From: Sulfurospirillum sp.
Lineage (GTDB): Bacteria; Campylobacterota; Campylobacteria; Campylobacterales; Sulfurospirillaceae
Length of the DNA: 64,000 nucleotides
Direction: 5' to 3'
NCBI GenBank assembly: GCA_045047115.1
Contig: JASFYR010000014.1
Coordinates: 1 to 64,000 of the forward strand
Positions within the stretch are counted from its first letter, which is position 1, and the number at the start of each line of letters is the position of its first letter. Positions 59,087-64,000 of this stretch are shown piece after piece. A model generated the notes under the pieces. The model was not told the DNA's origin and made no database searches. It was given only the letters and a program-made list of their open reading frames with translations. A program made the position numbers and the translations under genes.

Positions 59087-59872
59087 ATGTCAGATATTCA
59101 TCCAAGCGCTGTTGTGGAAGATGGCGCAAAGATAGGAGCCAATGTAAAAATCGGTGCTTTTGCATTTGTCTCTTCCAGAGCTGTACTTAAAGACAGTGTC
59201 GAGATTATGCAAGGAGCCGGAGTATATGGAGATACGCTCATAGATGAAGGCAGCAAGATATATCCTTATGCGATAATCGGTATGCCACCACAAGATATAG
59301 GGCATAAAGCTGAAGATGATGTGAAAGTTTCTATCGGCAAGAGAAATATTTTGAGAGAGTTTGTAACTGTAAATGCCGGTACAAATCATGGCGGTGGAGT
59401 TACCAGGATAGGCGATGATTGCTTTATTATGATATATTCACATATCGCTCATGACTGTCAAGTTGGAGACCATGTTATTATGGCAAATAATGCAACCCTG
59501 GCTGGGCATGCAGAGGTAGGAAGCTATACAGTAATTGGTGGCATGACTCCGATTCACCAATTTGTTAAGATTGGAGAAGGCTGTATGATAGGTGGTGCAA
59601 GTGCGATAAGTCAGGATATACCGCCTTTTTGCCTGGCTGAGGGAAATAGAGCTGTTGTGAAAGGCTTAAATGCTGTTGGCATAAAAAGAAGATTTAAAAA
59701 AGAGGATATAAGGGCACTTCAGAGTGCTTATAGAAAACTATTTAGGTCAGGTTTACCTATCAAAGATGTTGCACTTGAGCTGATAGAAAATGAAAAAAAT
59801 AAAAAAGTAAAACAGATGTGTGACTTTATATTGGAGACAAAAAGAGGCATACCTTATGAGAGGAAAAGATAA
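59087..59872 (+). CDS. lpxA: UDP-N-acetylglucosamine acyltransferase
   Basis: Hexapeptide repeats, PQD, HIAHDC, LAGH, IHQF and DIPPF. Confidence 0.95.
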   Translation: MSDIHPSAVVEDGAKIGANVKIGAFAFVSSRAVLKDSVEIMQGAGVYGDTLIDEGSKIYPYAIIGMPPQDIGHKAEDDVKVSIGKRNILREFVTVNAGTNHGGGVTRIGDDCFIMIYSHIAHDCQVGDHVIMANNATLAGHAEVGSYTVIGGMTPIHQFVKIGEGCMIGGASAISQDIPPFCLAEGNRAVVKGLNAVGIKRRFKKEDIRALQSAYRKLFRSGLPIKDVALELIENEKNKKVKQMCDFILETKRGIPYERKR

Positions 59873-59873
59873 A

Positions 59874-61097
59874 ATGACAAATAGAGAGTGTAGTTTTTGC
59901 GGTACTAAAGAGAGTAGTGACACAAGATTGATAGCAGGTGAAAATGTATATATCTGTGAGCATTGTGTTATCTCTGCTTACAAGATATTTTTTGGGGATG
60001 AAGAAGAGAGCAGTGAAGAGAAAAAACTAGATTATAATATGTTGGTTCCAAAAGAGCTGACTGCGGCATTGGATCAGTTTGTAGTTGGTCAAAATAGAGC
60101 CAAAAAAATCTTTTCAGTTGGTGTATATAATCACTACAAAAGGATATTTAAAAATTCCAGTGTTGAGGATGATACGGAAATTTCAAAGTCAAATATATTG
60201 CTTATCGGACCAACAGGCAGTGGTAAGACCCTGATGGCCCAAACTTTATCAAAGTTCTTAGATGTTCCTTTGGCCATCACAGATGCTACAAGTTTGACTG
60301 AGGCTGGTTATGTTGGTGAAGATGTTGAAAATATTTTGACAAAACTTCTTCAGGCTGCCGAGGGAGATGTAAAAAGAGCCGAACAGGGCATAGTTTTTAT
60401 AGATGAGATAGATAAAATAGCAAGAATGAGCGAAAATCGTTCAATTACAAGAGATGTAAGTGGCGAAGGTGTTCAACAGGCGCTTTTGAAACTTATAGAG
60501 GGTAGCATCGTAAACATCCCGCCAAAAGGCGGTAGGAAACATCCAAATCAAGAGTTTATCCAAATAGATACTTCGGGTATATTATTTGTTTGTGGTGGTG
60601 CATTTGATGGACTAGAGGGTATAATCAAAAGAAGAATTGGCAATAATGTTCTTGGCTTTGGCCAGGAGAAGAGAGCTAAGAGCGAGGATTGGAAGCTTTT
60701 GGATTTAGTCGAGCCTGATGATTTGGTTCATTTTGGTCTTATACCTGAACTAGTAGGTCGTTTGCATGTGCTTGCAACACTTAATGAAATAACACAAGAA
60801 GATATGGTTAAGATTTTGACAGAGCCCAAAAATGCTATATTTAAACAGTATAGAAAACTATTTGCAATAGACGGTGCAGAGTTGACATTTGAAAAAGAGG
60901 CCTTGGAAGAGGTGGCAAGTTTGGCGATAAAAAGAAAAACCGGAGCAAGAGGTTTAAGGGCTATCATGGAGGAAATTATGATAGATGTCATGTATGAACT
61001 CCCTGAGCTTAGTGGTTATGAGGTGGTGATTACCAAAGATGTTGTTGTTGATGGCGTAAAACCGTTATATATCAAAAAAGAGAAAAAAAGCGCATAG
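59874..61097 (+). CDS. clpX: ATP-dependent Clp protease ATP-binding subunit
   Basis: CSFC Zn finger, [35 protein letters not shown] and LGF loop. Confidence 0.97.
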   Translation: MTNRECSFCGTKESSDTRLIAGENVYICEHCVISAYKIFFGDEEESSEEKKLDYNMLVPKELTAALDQFVVGQNRAKKIFSVGVYNHYKRIFKNSSVEDDTEISKSNILLIGPTGSGKTLMAQTLSKFLDVPLAITDATSLTEAGYVGEDVENILTKLLQAAEGDVKRAEQGIVFIDEIDKIARMSENRSITRDVSGEGVQQALLKLIEGSIVNIPPKGGRKHPNQEFIQIDTSGILFVCGGAFDGLEGIIKRRIGNNVLGFGQEKRAKSEDWKLLDLVEPDDLVHFGLIPELVGRLHVLATLNEITQEDMVKILTEPKNAIFKQYRKLFAIDGAELTFEKEALEEVASLAIKRKTGARGLRAIMEEIMIDVMYELPELSGYEVVITKDVVVDGVKPLYIKKEKKSA

Positions 61098-61130
61098 TGA
61101 GACCACAAAATGAAATTTAAAGGTAAATGA

Positions 61131-62165
61131 ATGATATTAGATCAGATTATAGGATTCTTTTCGAGTGATATGAGTATCGACTTGGGTACAGCAAATACTT
61201 TGGTCCTTGTCAAAGGCAAAGGTATTATTATAAATGAGCCCTCAGTTGTGGCTATTCAGAGGGATAAAACGGGTAAGCAAAGAATTCTTGCAGTCGGAAC
61301 AGAAGCAAAAAATATGCTTGGTAAAACTCCGGGTAGTATAGAGGCTATCAGGCCAATGAAAGATGGTGTGATAGCTGATTTTGATATGACAGAAAAAATG
61401 ATAAGGTATTTTATAGAAAAAGCTCATAAAAGAAAGAGTTTTTTAAGACCCCGTATCATCATCTGCGTGCCCTATGGTCTTACGCAGGTTGAGAGAAAAG
61501 CTGTAAGAGAATCTGCCATGAGTGCAGGAGCTAGAGAAGTATTTTTGATAGAAGAACCTATGGCAGCAGCTATTGGTGCTGATTTACCAGTAAGAGAACC
61601 CAAGGGTAGTTTGGTTATAGATATAGGAGGCGGTACGACTGAAATAGGCGTAGTATCGCTAGGTGGATTAGTGATAAGCAAGTCGATTAGAACTGCCGGA
61701 GACAAGATAGATATGGCGATAGTTGATTATGTCAAGAAAAAGTATAATCTTCTTATCGGCGAGAGAACCGGAGAAGAGATCAAGATAGAGATCGGTGCAG
61801 CTATCGCTTTAGAGGAGCCTCTTAGTGCGATAGTAAAAGGAAGGGATCAAGTCAGTGGACTTTTGAGCAGGATTGAGCTATCGAGTGAAGATGTGAGAGA
61901 TGCAACAAAAGAGCCTATCAAAGAGATAGCAGATGCACTTAAGGATGTTTTGGAGATTATGCCTCCGGACCTTGCTGGAGATATTGTGGAAAATGGCATA
62001 GTTTTGACAGGCGGTGGAGCGCTGATCAGAGGATTTGACAAGTATCTCTCAGATCTTGTAAAACTGCCGGTATTTGTTGCAGATGAGCCCCTCTTGGCTG
62101 TTGCAAAGGGGACAGGTCGAGCTTTGGAAGAGATAGAATTGCTTCAGCATTTGGCAAATGAATAG
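61131..62165 (+). CDS. mreB: Rod shape-determining protein MreB
   Basis: [16 protein letters not shown] and LTGGGAL. Confidence 0.97.
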   Translation: MILDQIIGFFSSDMSIDLGTANTLVLVKGKGIIINEPSVVAIQRDKTGKQRILAVGTEAKNMLGKTPGSIEAIRPMKDGVIADFDMTEKMIRYFIEKAHKRKSFLRPRIIICVPYGLTQVERKAVRESAMSAGAREVFLIEEPMAAAIGADLPVREPKGSLVIDIGGGTTEIGVVSLGGLVISKSIRTAGDKIDMAIVDYVKKKYNLLIGERTGEEIKIEIGAAIALEEPLSAIVKGRDQVSGLLSRIELSSEDVRDATKEPIKEIADALKDVLEIMPPDLAGDIVENGIVLTGGGALIRGFDKYLSDLVKLPVFVADEPLLAVAKGTGRALEEIELLQHLANE

Positions 62166-62904
62166 ATTAAAGCTCCTATTTTTTTTAGCTTTATTGATAT
62201 TTATTTCAGTAAAATTTACTGATGTTGGCAGAGGTTATGTTGTCGGTTTTAGCAACTATATACTTATTGGTTATCTAAACACAAAAGAGTACATAAATAG
62301 CAAAATTGGTGAGCACTTTGCTCAGCAAAAAACTATAATTAAACTGAAAAAAGAGGTAAAAGAGTTGGAGAAATCAGCTCTTTTGTCTATAGCATTTGCC
62401 GGAAAACTAAATGATATACTAAGAGACAACAATCTCTCTGCCTATAAACCGAATGTAGAGAGGGTAAGGGCTATCTCTTACTCAAATCTAAATGACTACA
62501 ACAGAGTTTGGTTGGATTTTAAAGACTTTAATAAGAGTAAGATATATGGATTATTGTATCAAGGATATGCCGCAGGAATTGTAGTAGAAAAAAATTCTCA
62601 CCCTTTGGCTTTGCTCTTGGGTGATCCAAATTCCATCTTTTCAGTTTATATAGGAAAAGAGAAGATACCAGGAGTCCTGCAGGGTGATAAAAAAGATATA
62701 CTTGTTAGGTATATTCCTCTTTGGATGAGCCCTAAAGTTGGAGATGATGTTGTAACAAGTGGATTGGATAATATATTTTTTCAAGGTGTAAGAGTTGGAA
62801 AAGTTCTGGAAGTAAGAGAAGAGGAGTCTTCAAAAACTGCGGTTGTACAACCCTATGTTAATCTAAAAGTTCCAACATACTTACATGTAATAACAAAAAA
62901 TTAG
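62158..62904 (+). CDS. mreC: Rod shape-determining protein MreC
   Basis: N-terminal TM, coiled coil and [14 protein letters not shown]. Confidence 0.88.
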   Translation: MNRLKLLFFLALLIFISVKFTDVGRGYVVGFSNYILIGYLNTKEYINSKIGEHFAQQKTIIKLKKEVKELEKSALLSIAFAGKLNDILRDNNLSAYKPNVERVRAISYSNLNDYNRVWLDFKDFNKSKIYGLLYQGYAAGIVVEKNSHPLALLLGDPNSIFSVYIGKEKIPGVLQGDKKDILVRYIPLWMSPKVGDDVVTSGLDNIFFQGVRVGKVLEVREEESSKTAVVQPYVNLKVPTYLHVITKN

Positions 62905-62916
62905 GAGATATTTTAA

Positions 62917-64000
62917 ATGCCAAAAAGAGATGATATAAAAACGATACTTTTGATAGGCTCTGGTCCTATTGTCATAGGACAGGCTTGCGAGTTTGACTAT
63001 TCTGGCACACAGGCTGCTAAAACATTGAAAGAATTAGGTTATAAAGTTGTTTTGATAAATTCAAACCCGGCGACAATTATGACTGACCCTGAATTTGCAG
63101 ATAGAACTTATATAGAACCTATAAACGAAGAGATTATTCAAAAGATTATAAAAAAAGAGGGAATTGATGCTATTTTACCTACTATGGGTGGGCAAACTGC
63201 ACTGAATGTTGCTATGAGTATGTATGAAAAAGGCATGCTTAAAGGAGTAAAATTCTTAGGTGCAAATCCCGAAGCTATAAAAAAAGGTGAAGACAGACAG
63301 GCATTTAAAGAGGCAATGATAAAAATCGGGATGGATTTACCAAAAAGTAAATACGCCTATGATCTCAAAGAGGCACAAACCGCTGCTGATGAGATAGGTT
63401 TTCCACTCATAATCCGTGCATCATATACACTAGCAGGCGGCGGAAGTGGAGTCGCTTATAATATAGATGAATTTAAAGAGATAGCGACTGGTGGATTGGA
63501 AGCAAGTCCTATAAATGAGATACTTATAGAAGAGTCTCTTTTGGGTTGGAAAGAATATGAGATGGAAGTCATACGAGACAGCAGTGATAACTGTATCATA
63601 GTCTGTTCTATTGAAAATTTTGATCCGATGGGAGTCCATACGGGAGACAGTATAACTATAGCTCCAGCTCTTACATTAACAGATAAAGAGTATCAGCATA
63701 TGAGAAATGCCTCTTTTGCAATTTTAAGAGAAATAGGCGTAGATACTGGCGGAAGCAATGTTCAGTTTGCTATCAATCCTCAAAATGGAAGGATGACTGT
63801 TATAGAGATGAATCCTCGCGTGAGCCGAAGTAGTGCATTAGCCTCAAAGGCGACAGGTTACCCGATAGCAAAAGTTGCAACTCTTCTGGCGGTCGGATAT
63901 AGATTGGATGAAATTACAAACGATATAACAGGAACGGCTGCCAGTTTCGAGCCAGTGATAGATTATATAGTGACAAAAATTCCAAGATTTACATTTGAAA
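62917..64000 (+). CDS. carB: Carbamoyl-phosphate synthase large subunit (5' part, runs off the window)
   Basis: [30 protein letters not shown], read from ATG 62917; absent from the ORF track because it has no stop in the window. Confidence 0.96.
   Translation, partial: MPKRDDIKTILLIGSGPIVIGQACEFDYSGTQAAKTLKELGYKVVLINSNPATIMTDPEFADRTYIEPINEEIIQKIIKKEGIDAILPTMGGQTALNVAMSMYEKGMLKGVKFLGANPEAIKKGEDRQAFKEAMIKIGMDLPKSKYAYDLKEAQTAADEIGFPLIIRASYTLAGGGSGVAYNIDEFKEIATGGLEASPINEILIEESLLGWKEYEMEVIRDSSDNCIIVCSIENFDPMGVHTGDSITIAPALTLTDKEYQHMRNASFAILREIGVDTGGSNVQFAINPQNGRMTVIEMNPRVSRSSALASKATGYPIAKVATLLAVGYRLDEITNDITGTAASFEPVIDYIVTKIPRFTFE

Noticed and set aside
487..63639. Numerous 60-170 aa ORFs antisense to or nested within long genes
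   Set aside because: Shadow ORFs of well-supported genes, with no RBS or family motifs

Overview
AT-rich chromosomal segment from a free-living Campylobacterota (Epsilonproteobacteria) bacterium, probably Sulfurospirillum/Sulfurimonas-like. This is inferred from the nuo operon with short NuoX/NuoY-type subunits in place of NuoE/F, pflA after nuoN, the miaA-mqnP...moaA...rsmE-rpmE-rsmI-rlmB...hom-yraN-trxA-trxB gene order, and TGnTATAAT promoters. Most of the window is core genome: nfo, fadL/fadD, an AAA ATPase, 14 nuo genes, pflA, miaA, mqnP, a uracil-DNA glycosylase, a split PAS+MCP (CetAB-like) receptor, moaA, rRNA methylases, amino-acid/purine genes, queH, fabZ-lpxA-clpX-mreBC and the start of carB. 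Four parts stand out. (1) A dispersed ~65-80 nt two-hairpin intergenic element occurs four times (1-63, 74-147, 1001-1073, 52783-52855). Its long stem changes sequence while keeping its pairing, and in two copies it supplies the ribosome-binding site. (2) A probable envelope redox-repair unit (49.4-53.4 kb) has a repeat lipoprotein, an OmpR-type regulator, an intramembrane-sensing kinase, an exported MsrA-Trx-MsrB fusion and trxC. (3) A RR / REC-PAS-GGDEF / Cache-kinase signalling cluster lies at 45.5-49.4 kb. (4) A decayed ~2.6 kb island (53.9-56.5 kb) holds nested IS256/IS21 remnants, attC-like sites, a toxin-truncated TA pair, a frameshifted gene and an orphan R-M controller with its C-box. 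No rRNA, tRNA or CRISPR array was seen. All calls come from reading motifs by eye; no database search was run.
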